A stretch of 64,000 nucleotides of DNA from Longimicrobiales bacterium (lineage in GTDB: Bacteria; Gemmatimonadota; Gemmatimonadetes; Longimicrobiales; Gaopeijiaceae). The DNA lies in the NCBI GenBank assembly GCA_965204735.1, contig OZ242008.1:1920001-1984000 (forward strand). The letters are read 5' to 3'. Position numbers and translations under genes: made by a program. Shown in pieces: positions 8,991 to 18,616 of this stretch; position 1 is the stretch's first letter, and the number at the start of each line of letters is the position of its first letter. The notes beneath the pieces were generated by a model. The model was not told where the DNA came from and searched no databases. It worked only from the letters and a program-made list of their open reading frames with translations.

Positions 8991-9869
8991 GTGGCGTCGC
9001 CGACCGAGAGGAATGCGTACTTGGTAGCCGCAATCGCAGACGACTTCTACGCCGACCGGTTCGACCTGTCTGCAAGAGGAATAGGCCCGGCCGGTTGGTC
9101 GGCGATGCCGGAGGTCAAGGCGGTCTACCATCTGAAGCACCATCTGAAGCGCGACGACCTGACGGTGCGGCGGTTCCTGACCTTCGTTTCGGCCATGGAT
9201 CGGGCGAGAGACTCGAACAGACTGTGGAGCGACGCGGCCAAGATGCTGGCCTTTCGGCCGGAAGCCTTCGATCCCGCGGAAACGTCGGTCATGCCACCGG
9301 ACCAGCTGCGCGAGATGCTGTCCGCCGCTCGCGTGAGCCAGCGCCACCACGACGACTCCGCTGCTTGGAGGACGATCGCTTCCAGCCTGCACGCCGGGGA
9401 AGGTGCCGTGGCGGAGCTGGTGGAGCAGGGAAAGGGAGATGCGCGCGAGCTGCTGAAGGACCTGCGCAGGGCCGGCAGCGAGGGGCGTCCCCGGTATCCG
9501 CTTCTTCGGGGCCAGAAGCTCGGTCCCCTGTGGGTTCGCGTCATGACAGCGCCCGGGGGCGCTGAAGTCGAGAACATCCACGTCGTTCCCGTCGCAGTGG
9601 ACGTCCATGTCCGCAGAGTCACGGAGAACTTGGGCGTTGCGAGCACGACCGGCTTGCCCATGTCCAGGGCCAAGCCGGTCATTCGGGCGGCTTGGAAGTC
9701 GGCGGTCGACGCGGCCTGCTTCGGCGGACCCCCGGGGATCGCCGGCACGTGCGCCGCTCTTGATCCGGCGTTGTGGGCCTTCGGCAAGTACGGGTGCGGC
9801 TGCTGCCAGAAGGCAGGCCGGCGGGTGCCGATCGGCGCGGCGTGCCAGTGGTGCCAGCTGCCGGACTAA
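8991..9869 (+). CDS. HhH-GPD superfamily DNA glycosylase/lyase-like protein, copy 2
   Basis: GGAGGA RBS before GTG; highly similar to 6621..7502 with the same motifs. Confidence 0.7.
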   Translation: MASPTERNAYLVAAIADDFYADRFDLSARGIGPAGWSAMPEVKAVYHLKHHLKRDDLTVRRFLTFVSAMDRARDSNRLWSDAAKMLAFRPEAFDPAETSVMPPDQLREMLSAARVSQRHHDDSAAWRTIASSLHAGEGAVAELVEQGKGDARELLKDLRRAGSEGRPRYPLLRGQKLGPLWVRVMTAPGGAEVENIHVVPVAVDVHVRRVTENLGVASTTGLPMSRAKPVIRAAWKSAVDAACFGGPPGIAGTCAALDPALWAFGKYGCGCCQKAGRRVPIGAACQWCQLPD

Positions 9870-9983
9870 GTCGGGCCGGCAGACCACAGCAGGCGAGCGA
9901 ACGACCGCGCCGGCGGTCGACGCAGGCTACTATCGACCTTGGAGATGCCGATGCCTGCCACCCACTTTGTGAGGAAATCCAGA

Positions 9984-10031
9984 CTACTCAGTGACCCAGG
10001 ACAGCGCGACCGAAGCGTCCAAGACGATCAA
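9984..10031 (-). pseudogene. vapC: Truncated VapC/PIN toxin N-terminus
   Basis: TTG overlapping the antitoxin stop; MIVLDASVALSWVTE then stop. Confidence 0.65.
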
Positions 10032-10273
10032 TGGCGACGTCCCTCGTGAACGGAGCGCACCAGCTCTGCGAGCGGCACCGTACGCAGACGCGCGCGCCGT
10101 GTTCGAATCCGCTCCGCGGCTCGGGAAGCCCTCCGCCTAACGTCCTCTTCCACGGGTACCAGCCGCGCGATGGGGCGTCCGTGTTTCGTAATCGTGATGC
10201 TGTCGCCCTCGGCAACCCGGCCCAGCAACTCCGAGAGGCGCGTCTTGGCTTGGTAGGCTCCGACTGTCAGCAC
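10028..10273 (-). CDS. Phd/YefM family antitoxin
   Basis: VGAYQAKTRLSELL..GDSITITKHGRPIARLVP; AAGGAGG RBS. Confidence 0.9.
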   Translation of the reverse strand: MLTVGAYQAKTRLSELLGRVAEGDSITITKHGRPIARLVPVEEDVRRRASRAAERIRTRRARLRTVPLAELVRSVHEGRRH

Positions 10274-10527
10274 GGCTGAAGACCTCCTTCTGGCCACATT
10301 CCTGTTCGACTGGTCGTTCAGATTAGACTGCTCTGGATGGATACTCCCGGCTCGGTCAACTCGGTCAAGTCGGTCCACTTGCCCGATGCCTTCCCTCCAT
10401 CGGATCTTCGCCGCAGGGTGCGCGTCACGTTAGATTCCGCTCTGGCGAAGAAGGAGGGCGGGGCTTCTTCGATTGCCTGGTCGAGCAGGTTCGCCGGAGA
10501 AACCCGTCGATTGGGGACGCTTAGGAG

Positions 10528-11487
10528 ATGGATACGATTGCCACGCTGGTCGACCAACACTTGCCAAGCGTCGATCTTTCCGAGGTCTCCCTGAAGACCG
10601 CTTTGCCACAGGTGGCCAAGGATCCCAAGCAAGTGGCACGAGTCGCGAACGCCCTGCGGGAGATGCCGTCGCGGCATCGGATGGTACGGGGCGACGCCCG
10701 GCGCCTGTCGCAAGTCGTGAAGGGACCGGTCCACTTGGTCGTTACGTCGCCGCCGTACTGGACGCTCAAGGAGTACGAGGACGGCGCAGACCAGCTGGGT
10801 CGCGTGGCCGACTACGACGCGTTTGTGGCGGAAGTTGCCAAGGTGTGGCACGAGTGCAGCCGCTTGCTGGTGCCTGGAGGTCGTCTGGTCGTCGTCGTGG
10901 GAGACGTCTGTCTTTCCCGGCGACGGCACGGCCGACATGTCGTCTATCCGCTCCATGCGAGCATTCAGGAATCCTGTCGCCGAATGGGACTCGACAACCT
11001 GGCGCCGATCATTTGGCACAAGATCGCCAACGCGGAGTTCGAGATGGGACCCGGCGGCTTCCTCGGCAAGCCCTACGAACCGAACGCCATCGTCAAGAAC
11101 GACATCGAGTTCATTCTCATGCAGCGCAAGCCCGGAGGCTACCGCAGCCCGTCGCCCGCGGCCCGAGCCATGAGCGTCATTTCCGAAGCAGATCACCGCA
11201 AGTGGTTCCGTCAGATATGGACATTGCCGGGCGCATCGACCCGTGACCATCCCGCCCCCTATCCACTGGAACTCGCCAGCCGCCTCGTGCGGATGTTCTC
11301 GTTCGTGGGCGACACCGTTCTTGACCCGTTCCTGGGAACGGGAACGACGTCGCTGGCCGCCGCCTTGGCCGGTCGCAACAGCGTCGGCGTGGAAGTCAGC
11401 CCGGAGTATCTGGACATGGCGCGTCGCCGCTTCGTGGCAGAGGGGAACGACATCTTCGGCCTGTGGAGCCTGGAGGTCGTGGAGTAG
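10528..11487 (+). CDS. Site-specific DNA methyltransferase, beta class (SPPY, probably m4C)
   Basis: VVTSPPY precedes VLDPFLGTGTT; HPAPYP motif. Confidence 0.9.
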   Translation: MDTIATLVDQHLPSVDLSEVSLKTALPQVAKDPKQVARVANALREMPSRHRMVRGDARRLSQVVKGPVHLVVTSPPYWTLKEYEDGADQLGRVADYDAFVAEVAKVWHECSRLLVPGGRLVVVVGDVCLSRRRHGRHVVYPLHASIQESCRRMGLDNLAPIIWHKIANAEFEMGPGGFLGKPYEPNAIVKNDIEFILMQRKPGGYRSPSPAARAMSVISEADHRKWFRQIWTLPGASTRDHPAPYPLELASRLVRMFSFVGDTVLDPFLGTGTTSLAAALAGRNSVGVEVSPEYLDMARRRFVAEGNDIFGLWSLEVVE

Positions 11488-11588
11488 GGAAGGAGGGCCT
11501 CGATTCGCTCCCTGCGGCACTTCCTCTTGACCTGGGCTTCGGCCCGCAGCCTGTGCGCCAAGGTCCTGGAACCATACCTTCCGTTCCC

Positions 11589-14500
11589 GTGACTGCTCCC
11601 GATCTGATCCGCCGCTTGGTGCGCGAAGGCGTGGCGCGCCCGCTGGCCTCCCGCAACGGCGAAGCGTTCCCCCGCGCCACCGTCGGCGACGTCGAGGTTG
11701 CGGCTTCGGCATCGACCACCGACGCCGCCATGCGGACCGACTGGCGCGCGCTGTCCGCAGGCGTCGCCCGGCGCTGCCTGCTGCTGGCCGACGACCCCAA
11801 GCGCCCCGGCCGCCTCCGCGTCCTGGGCCCGGTCACCCACCAAGGCCCGGTGCGCTCCGTGGACACCGGCCACCTGGCCAAGTCGCTCGAGTCGCTGGCG
11901 GAGCTGTCGCCCCTGGAGGCCGTGCGCCGGCTGACGGCGGAGCTGAACCGCGCCGCAGGCGACGGGCTGGCCCTCAACGGCCTCCTCACCCGCCACACCC
12001 TGGAATCCCGCTTCAGGGGCGATCCCGCTCGCTGGAGCGCCGCCCGCCGCGCGGTGGCCGACCTCCCGCCGGCGCCGAGTTCGTGGCGTCGGACCCTTTC
12101 AGCGCTGGGCTACCGACTGGACCGCCTGCCGCGACGGGGCTACTTGGCCGTCCACGAAGGCCGGCCGGTGGCGGTGGTGCATCCCAAGAAGACGGCGAGC
12201 GCGCTGGCGCGGCTGGACAGCGACGGCCGTCCGCCCGAGGGACTGCTGGCGGCGGACTGCAAGGAACGGGGCGCCCGCTACGGCATTCTCACGTTCGGCG
12301 GCTGCTTCCGCCTGTTCGACACGGAGTCCCCCGGTGGCACCCGCCACTGGCTCGAACTGGACGACGACCTGCTGGGCGACGACCGGCGCGGCTTCCTGGC
12401 GTTGCTGGCGCCCGCGTCCCTGGCCGGCAACGGCTTCGCCGATCTGCAACAGGAGGCGATCAAATTCGGCGTCCGGCTCCACGCCCGCCTGGACCGCACG
12501 ATCCGCCAAGAGGCTCTCCCCGCGCTGGCCGTCGACATGGAGCGATGGGCCAAGGAGCACGGCCTAGACCTTGCACGACGACGCGAGCGCGACGAGCTGG
12601 AGAAGGCCGCCATGACGCTGGTCTTCCGCGCTGTCTTCATCCTCTTTGCGGAGGCGGCGGGCCATCTGCCGATGAACAACGAGTCCTACAAGAAGGCGTC
12701 CCTGTCGGAGCTCGTGAACGAGGCCCACCGGACCAAGGGCAAGCTGAGCCCGGCGTCGTCCGCGCTGTGGGACGGGTTCGTGCGGCTGGTCAAGGCGATG
12801 CGCTCCGGCAATCCCGCCTGGGACGTGCCCGCCTACAACGGCGCGCTCTTCGCGGCCAAGGACTTCGCGGGCGCCGAGCTGCTGGAGCGGATGGAGCTGC
12901 GCGACCCCGAGTTCGGGCGCGTACTGGCGGCCGTCGGCCACGACGCCGAGCAGGGGAGCGGCGTGGACTTCTCGACGCTGGAGATCGCCCACATCGGCCA
13001 CACCTACGAGTCCCTGCTGGGCCTGCGCCTGTCGCTGGCCGACCGCCCGCTCCGCTACGACGCCAAGAGGGACCGCTACGTGAGCGCGCCGTCGCCGGGC
13101 GCGGCCGAAGTGACTCCGGGCGGCTTGCTGTGGCAGACCCACGCGGGCGGTCGCAAGGGTGAAGGCGTCTACTACACGCCGGTCGAGATCGTGCGCCACT
13201 TGGTGAAGGGGGCCGTGGAGCCGCCGTTCAAGAAGCACTTGGCGCAAGTGGCGGACCAGGCGAAGACGGACCCGGAGGCGGCGGCCAAGCTGCTGCTGTC
13301 GTTCGCGGTCGTGGATCCGGCGTGCGGCAGCGCGCACTTCCTTGTGCAGGTCGCGGACGCCCTGGCCGAGATGACCGTGCGCTTCCTGGCCGAGCACCCC
13401 CTGCCGCCGTTGCTGGATGCGCTGGAACGACTGCGCAGCCGCGCGTCCCCCGGCGTGGCGTGCGAAGACGCGGCCCTGCTCCGCCGTCTGATCGTCAAGC
13501 ACTGCGTCTTCGGCGTGGACCGGAGCGCGATGGGCGTCGAGGTGGCGGCGCTGTCGCTGTGGCTGGCGTCGTTCGTGCCCGGCCTGTCGCTGGCGTACTT
13601 GGGACGGAACGTGGTGGTGGGCGACGCCTTGATCGGCGTGGGTGACCCGAAGCCGCTGCTGGACGAAGCCCCGCTCTTCCGGGAGCCGTTGCGGCAAGCG
13701 CTGAACGAGGCCGCGGCGGCGGTGCACAAGTTGGCCGAGATCGACGACCGCACGCCCGAAGAGGTCGCGGCCAGCCAAGCGGCGGACCAAGAGGCGTGGG
13801 ACGCCACCGAGGGGATGAAGCGGCTCTTCGACCTGTGGACGGCGGAGCAGTTTGGACTGGCCGGCGCGCGCGAAGACGTGGCGACCAACGGCGCGGCCGT
13901 GATCTCGGGCGACCGCCGGACCGCGCTCGTGCGCAAGGCCCGCGATCTGGCCGACCGGCATTGCTTCCTCCACTGGCCGCTGGCGTTCCCGCAGGTGTTC
14001 TCGCGGTCGTCGCCGGGGTTCGACGTGGTGGTCGGCAACCCGCCCTGGGAGGAAGTGACGGTCGAGGAGCTGTCGTTCTACGGGCTGCACCGGCCCGGGA
14101 TCGCGGCCTTGGCCGAGAAGGAGCGGCGGGAGTGCGTGGGGGAGCTGGTGCGGGAGCGGCCGGAGTTGGAGAAGAGGCTGGAGGCTCGGCAAGCGCAGGC
14201 TCGCAACTATCGGCAAGCCCTGGCGGGACCGGACCCGGAGCGCAGCGACTACGATCCAATGGGCGGCGACCCCGACTTGTACAAGTACTTCTGCCAGCGC
14301 TACCGGATGCTGGTGCGCGAGCGCGGGTTCGCCGGCGTGGTGCTGCCGAGGACCGCGTTCGTGGCCAAGGGCTCCAAGGAGTTCCGCAAGTGGCTCTATC
14401 GAGGATCGACGACGCGCCGGGTGGACTTCCTGCTGAACCGGGGACGGTGGGCGTTCGACACGCACCCGCAATACTCAATCGCATTGGTCGTTGCCCAGCG

Positions 14501-15491
14501 CGGGCTGCCGGCGGCGGACCACTTGGTGTCGGTGGCCGGCACCGCTGAATCCAAGCGCATGTGGGCCGAGCAGGCGGCCAGCCCCGGCGTCGGCTTGGCC
14601 CCGTCCACCTTCGGGCCGGAATGGGAGACGCCGCTGGTCCGCTCCCAGGCCGAGGCCGATCTGCTGGCCCGCGTCCGCACAGGCAGCCTCTTCCCTCGCG
14701 GCGCCGACGGGCGCTGGTCCTGCTTCCCTGTCCCCGAACTGCACGAGACCAACGACAAGAAGCTGTGGGCCCGGGACGGCGACGCCCGTCTCTGGAAGGG
14801 CGAGAGCTTCGGCCAGTACGATCCGCACGGGTACGGCGAGCGGTCCCTGCCTCCGACCGACGCGCTCTGGGCCAAAGTGCGAAAGCCCAGGCCCGGCTCG
14901 GGTTCGTTGCTCGCGCCGGACCTGCCCGTGGCCGAACGCAGGCAGTCGGTCTTGGCTGACATCTGCCGCGACAGATTGTGCTTTCGAGATGTCACGAACC
15001 GCACGAATTCGCGCACCGTGATCGCCTGTTTGGTCCCGAAAGGCGTCTTCTTGACAAATACTGCCCCTTATTTGTCATTTCCGACCGGAGAACGGCTGGC
15101 GCGGGCCGCTTGCCTGGGCATCATGAACAGCCTGCCCTTCGACTGGCAGGCCCGCCGCTTCATCGAACTCCACGTCAGCTTCTTCCTGCTGGAGGGCCTT
15201 TACGTGCCTTCCCTGACCGACGACGACTACGCCCAGATCGCCCGAGCCGCCGCCCGTCTGTCCGCCGTGGACGACCACTTCGCCGACTTCGCCCGCGAGA
15301 CCGGCGTGGAGTGCGGCCCGCTGCTGGACGCCGACCGCATGGAGCTGCGCCTGGAGATCGACGCTCGGGTGGCCCGGGCCTGGGGTCTCGGCCCAGACGA
15401 CCTGGGGGTGATCTACGAGGACTTCACGCACAACGCGCTGCCGCCGGCGTACCGAATGGGATTGAGTCGGTGGCTCAAGGCCCTGGTCTGA
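11589..15491 (+). CDS. Large Eco57I/type IIG-like N6-adenine DNA methyltransferase with TRD
   Basis: GVYYTP, VDPACGSAHFL and VVGNPPW motifs; C-terminal FRDVTNRTNSRT TRD-like region; start uncertain. Confidence 0.85.
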   Translation: MTAPDLIRRLVREGVARPLASRNGEAFPRATVGDVEVAASASTTDAAMRTDWRALSAGVARRCLLLADDPKRPGRLRVLGPVTHQGPVRSVDTGHLAKSLESLAELSPLEAVRRLTAELNRAAGDGLALNGLLTRHTLESRFRGDPARWSAARRAVADLPPAPSSWRRTLSALGYRLDRLPRRGYLAVHEGRPVAVVHPKKTASALARLDSDGRPPEGLLAADCKERGARYGILTFGGCFRLFDTESPGGTRHWLELDDDLLGDDRRGFLALLAPASLAGNGFADLQQEAIKFGVRLHARLDRTIRQEALPALAVDMERWAKEHGLDLARRRERDELEKAAMTLVFRAVFILFAEAAGHLPMNNESYKKASLSELVNEAHRTKGKLSPASSALWDGFVRLVKAMRSGNPAWDVPAYNGALFAAKDFAGAELLERMELRDPEFGRVLAAVGHDAEQGSGVDFSTLEIAHIGHTYESLLGLRLSLADRPLRYDAKRDRYVSAPSPGAAEVTPGGLLWQTHAGGRKGEGVYYTPVEIVRHLVKGAVEPPFKKHLAQVADQAKTDPEAAAKLLLSFAVVDPACGSAHFLVQVADALAEMTVRFLAEHPLPPLLDALERLRSRASPGVACEDAALLRRLIVKHCVFGVDRSAMGVEVAALSLWLASFVPGLSLAYLGRNVVVGDALIGVGDPKPLLDEAPLFREPLRQALNEAAAAVHKLAEIDDRTPEEVAASQAADQEAWDATEGMKRLFDLWTAEQFGLAGAREDVATNGAAVISGDRRTALVRKARDLADRHCFLHWPLAFPQVFSRSSPGFDVVVGNPPWEEVTVEELSFYGLHRPGIAALAEKERRECVGELVRERPELEKRLEARQAQARNYRQALAGPDPERSDYDPMGGDPDLYKYFCQRYRMLVRERGFAGVVLPRTAFVAKGSKEFRKWLYRGSTTRRVDFLLNRGRWAFDTHPQYSIALVVAQRGLPAADHLVSVAGTAESKRMWAEQAASPGVGLAPSTFGPEWETPLVRSQAEADLLARVRTGSLFPRGADGRWSCFPVPELHETNDKKLWARDGDARLWKGESFGQYDPHGYGERSLPPTDALWAKVRKPRPGSGSLLAPDLPVAERRQSVLADICRDRLCFRDVTNRTNSRTVIACLVPKGVFLTNTAPYLSFPTGERLARAACLGIMNSLPFDWQARRFIELHVSFFLLEGLYVPSLTDDDYAQIARAAARLSAVDDHFADFARETGVECGPLLDADRMELRLEIDARVARAWGLGPDDLGVIYEDFTHNALPPAYRMGLSRWLKALV

Positions 15492-15673
15492 TGAAGTTGC
15501 CTGTCGACAAGAACGCCGAAGCTCTGTACCTCGACGACTCGACCATCGCCGAGTCGGAGGAAGTCTCGCCGGGTGTCGTAATCGAGACCGCATGTGATTG
15601 CCGAACAAACACCGAACAGTTACCTTTCGGGCTCCGGGCCGCCGAGCCAGCCTCCGCTGACCCTCCGCCCTAG
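15491..15673 (+). pseudogene. DUF2283-like protein remnant
   Basis: MKLPVDKNAEALYLDDSTIAESEEVSPGVV resembles the DUF2283 N-terminus, then diverges; TGATG coupling to the MTase. Confidence 0.55.
15598..15626 (+). promoter_or_regulatory. Putative sigma70 promoter with an overlapping GAAC-N7-GAAC (LexA-box-like) site
   Basis: TTGCCG-N17-TACCTT; GAAC at 15603-15606 and 15614-15617; AGGAG RBS before TTG 15683. Confidence 0.5.
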
Positions 15674-15682
15674 GAGCCGTCC

Positions 15683-16555
15683 TTGCCCGAACGCACCGCC
15701 ATCGAGTGGACCGACGCCACCTGGAACCCCACCACAGGATGCACCCCCGTCTCGGCCGGCTGCGACCACTGCTACGCCGAGCGCCTGTCGAACCGACTGC
15801 TGGCGACCACCTACCGCGCCCGGCTACCCGTGGTCAACACGGCGGCGAACCGACGTAACCCCTTCGCCGTGCGCCTCTGGCCCGACCGTCTGTCAGTCCC
15901 AGGGTCGTGGCGACGGCCCCGCCGCGTCTTCGTCAACTCCATGTCGGATCTCTTCCACAAGGAGGTCCCGGACGAGTTCGTCCGTCGCTGCTTCCAGGTG
16001 ATGCTCGACATCGGCCGTCACGTCTACCAGATCCTGACTAAGCGTCCAGCCAGGGCCGCCAAGTTCGTTCGACGGAACCCCGACCTGTTCCCGGCCGGGC
16101 TCCCGTCCCAAATCTGGATTGGCACGTCCGTTGAGGACCAGTCGGTGGCCTACCGGGTGCGGCACCTCCTGGCCGTCCGGGCCGCCGTGCGCTTTCTGAG
16201 TTGCGAGCCCCTGATCGGGCCGCTAGACCTGTCCGGCTTCCTGCGCGGCCGCGACACTGCCCGTCGCGATGCCCCCATCAATGGTGGCCCCTCCGCTCTC
16301 GGTGCCGAGGACGCCTCTCCAAGGCTCCACTGGGTGATCGTCGGCGGCGAGAGTGGCCCCAATGCTCGCCAGATGGCCCCCGAGTGGCCGCGCACCGTCC
16401 GGGACGATTGTGCCGCTAGCGGCGTGCCGTTCTTCTTCAAGCAGTGGGGCGGCCGAACACCGAAGGCGGGTGGACGGGAATTGGACGGTACGACCTGGGA
16501 TGATTTTCCGAAAACCGGCGAAATCCGCCAACCACTGACACGCAAAGGAGACTGA
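15683..16555 (+). CDS. Phage Gp37/Gp68 (DUF5131) family protein, three-Cys radical-SAM-like
   Basis: [15 protein letters not shown]6-C-x2-[32 protein letters not shown]. Confidence 0.92.
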   Translation: MPERTAIEWTDATWNPTTGCTPVSAGCDHCYAERLSNRLLATTYRARLPVVNTAANRRNPFAVRLWPDRLSVPGSWRRPRRVFVNSMSDLFHKEVPDEFVRRCFQVMLDIGRHVYQILTKRPARAAKFVRRNPDLFPAGLPSQIWIGTSVEDQSVAYRVRHLLAVRAAVRFLSCEPLIGPLDLSGFLRGRDTARRDAPINGGPSALGAEDASPRLHWVIVGGESGPNARQMAPEWPRTVRDDCAASGVPFFFKQWGGRTPKAGGRELDGTTWDDFPKTGEIRQPLTRKGD

Positions 16556-16558
16556 GCC

Positions 16559-17395
16559 ATGGGCAGATTTGGCGGCGACTGGACGAAAGATAAGCTCGAC
16601 ATGGTGGAACGGTACCTCAATGCATACACCACCGCCCTCAAGAAAAAGGACTACTTCCGACTGATGTACATTGATGCCTTCGCTGGTTCCGGGATCATCA
16701 ATCTTAAAAAAAGCGATAAAGAGGAAAGACAGTTCCTAGAGGGATCAGCCATAAGGGCCAAGCGCGTGGTCGACAGACCCTTTGACGAGATACTGCTTGT
16801 CGAAAAAGATGTACACGAATGCACGAAGCTGGCAGAGCGAATGAACGCGGACGAAGACGAACGAATTAAGATATTGAACGAAGATGCCAACTGCTTTCTG
16901 CAGAGTATTTCCCGTAACTGGCAAACACACAGGGGCGTTCTTTTTATCGATCCGTTCGCTACGGAGGTAGAATGGCTCACAATCGAAAGAGTCGCAAGCT
17001 CCGAAGCTCTTGACACCTGGATACTGTTTCCTACCATGGCAGTCATGCGCATGCTGACTCGGAAGGGACTGCCCGAAAAACATGGACCTATCCTGACGCG
17101 GATCTATGGAGACGAGAGCTGGCAAAACCTGTACGGACCCAGCCCTCAATATAGCCTGTTTGGTGGACTGGACGCCCAAGACGAGAGAAAAAGGGGCACA
17201 ACGGCACTTCTTCAGACATACAAGAATCGTTTGCGAGAGCTGTACGGTAATCGATTTATGGAAGACACAGCAACTCTCCGCACGCGAACCAACACGCCAC
17301 TGTTCGAGTTGATCTTTTGCGTTGGGAGTCCGCGGGCAATCCCTGCTGCAAAGCGAATCGCGGGCCACATTGTCAAAAGTGGTGGGCGTCAGTGA
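16559..17395 (+). CDS. tcmP: Three-Cys-motif partner protein (TcmP)
   Basis: WTKDKL..YLNAY, YIDAFAGSG, FIDPF; adjacent to DUF5131; visibly AT-richer than flanks. Confidence 0.85.
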   Translation: MGRFGGDWTKDKLDMVERYLNAYTTALKKKDYFRLMYIDAFAGSGIINLKKSDKEERQFLEGSAIRAKRVVDRPFDEILLVEKDVHECTKLAERMNADEDERIKILNEDANCFLQSISRNWQTHRGVLFIDPFATEVEWLTIERVASSEALDTWILFPTMAVMRMLTRKGLPEKHGPILTRIYGDESWQNLYGPSPQYSLFGGLDAQDERKRGTTALLQTYKNRLRELYGNRFMEDTATLRTRTNTPLFELIFCVGSPRAIPAAKRIAGHIVKSGGRQ

Positions 17396-17611
17396 GTAGG
17401 CAGCTGGCACGGCAACTCGGTTCACGCGCCTCTCTAGTAGTAGCACTACTAGCTGGGCCACACGCCGGAAGGCGGCACTGATCTTGCTCTTCACGTCCAG
17501 AACGCCAGATTACTTACGAGGCACCCGCGACGCCGCGTCAGACGCCGCCGTGGACTACGGGCGGTGCTGGCTTGATGGATGCGACACACGCCAGGAAGGA
17601 GCGCCGGCGAC

Positions 17612-18616
17612 ATGAGCAGGCTGGAAACAAAGATCAGCACCCGCACAACGGCCCCGCATCCGTTCCCCTACCAGGGGAGCAAGCGGGGGATCGCCAAGTT
17701 CATCCTGCCCTACTTTCCGCCGGGCATCGATCGGGTGGTGGAGCCCTGCTGCGGCTCGGCCGCCGTGTCGATCGCCGCCGCGACCCATGGGTTGGCAAGG
17801 CGCTTTTGGATCAACGACCTGAACGCACCTCTGATGGCCCTTTGGATGGAGATTGTGGAGAGGCCCGAACAACTCGTTGCCGACTACGCTCGCCTGTGGC
17901 GCGACCAGCAGCCTCACATGAAGGAATTTTTCTTCGGCGTGCGCAGGGAGTTCAACGAGTCACATCAGCCGAGCCATCTTCTCTATCTGCTGGCCCGAAT
18001 CGTGAAGGGGTCCGTCCGATATAACGCCGACGGAGCCTTCAACCAGAGTCCCGACAACCGCCGAGCCGGAATGAGGCCTTCGGTCATGAGACGGCAGATG
18101 CTCGGCGTACACCGGCTGCTGACAGGCCGGACATCGTTGTCGTCGATGGACTATCGACGAATAGCACTGAAATCCACGCCGGGCGATCTCGTGTATTTCG
18201 ATCCGCCGTACCAAGGCACTTCGCAAGCGCGGGACAGACGGTATTGCGATGGCGTCGACTACGACGAGTTCGTCCGTACACTACGCACAATGAACGAGCT
18301 GGGGTTGTCCTACGTCGTCAGCTACGACGGTAGGACTGGCGACAAGGCGCATGGCAAGCTGTTGCCTCGTAGCCTTCAGCTGCATCACATCTGCATCCCC
18401 GCTGGGAGGTCGACTCAAGCGACGTTGCTGGGTCAAGCCCGCCAAACCGTCGAGTCCCTGTATCTGTCGCCGACGCTGGTACGGCGGCTTGAGAATCCTG
18501 AACCATGTGCCAAGGCAGTGGCTCATTCCGTCCACCCAGCACGACACCGAAAGCCGCATTCAGTTTCCTGCGCAATGGCCCGTATGACCCCGCAACTCGG
18601 CCAATCGCCCACATGA
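17612..18616 (+). CDS. Dam-like (D12 class) DNA adenine methyltransferase
   Basis: PFPYQGSKR, VEPCCGSAA, YFDPPY motifs. Confidence 0.9.
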   Translation: MSRLETKISTRTTAPHPFPYQGSKRGIAKFILPYFPPGIDRVVEPCCGSAAVSIAAATHGLARRFWINDLNAPLMALWMEIVERPEQLVADYARLWRDQQPHMKEFFFGVRREFNESHQPSHLLYLLARIVKGSVRYNADGAFNQSPDNRRAGMRPSVMRRQMLGVHRLLTGRTSLSSMDYRRIALKSTPGDLVYFDPPYQGTSQARDRRYCDGVDYDEFVRTLRTMNELGLSYVVSYDGRTGDKAHGKLLPRSLQLHHICIPAGRSTQATLLGQARQTVESLYLSPTLVRRLENPEPCAKAVAHSVHPARHRKPHSVSCAMARMTPQLGQSPT

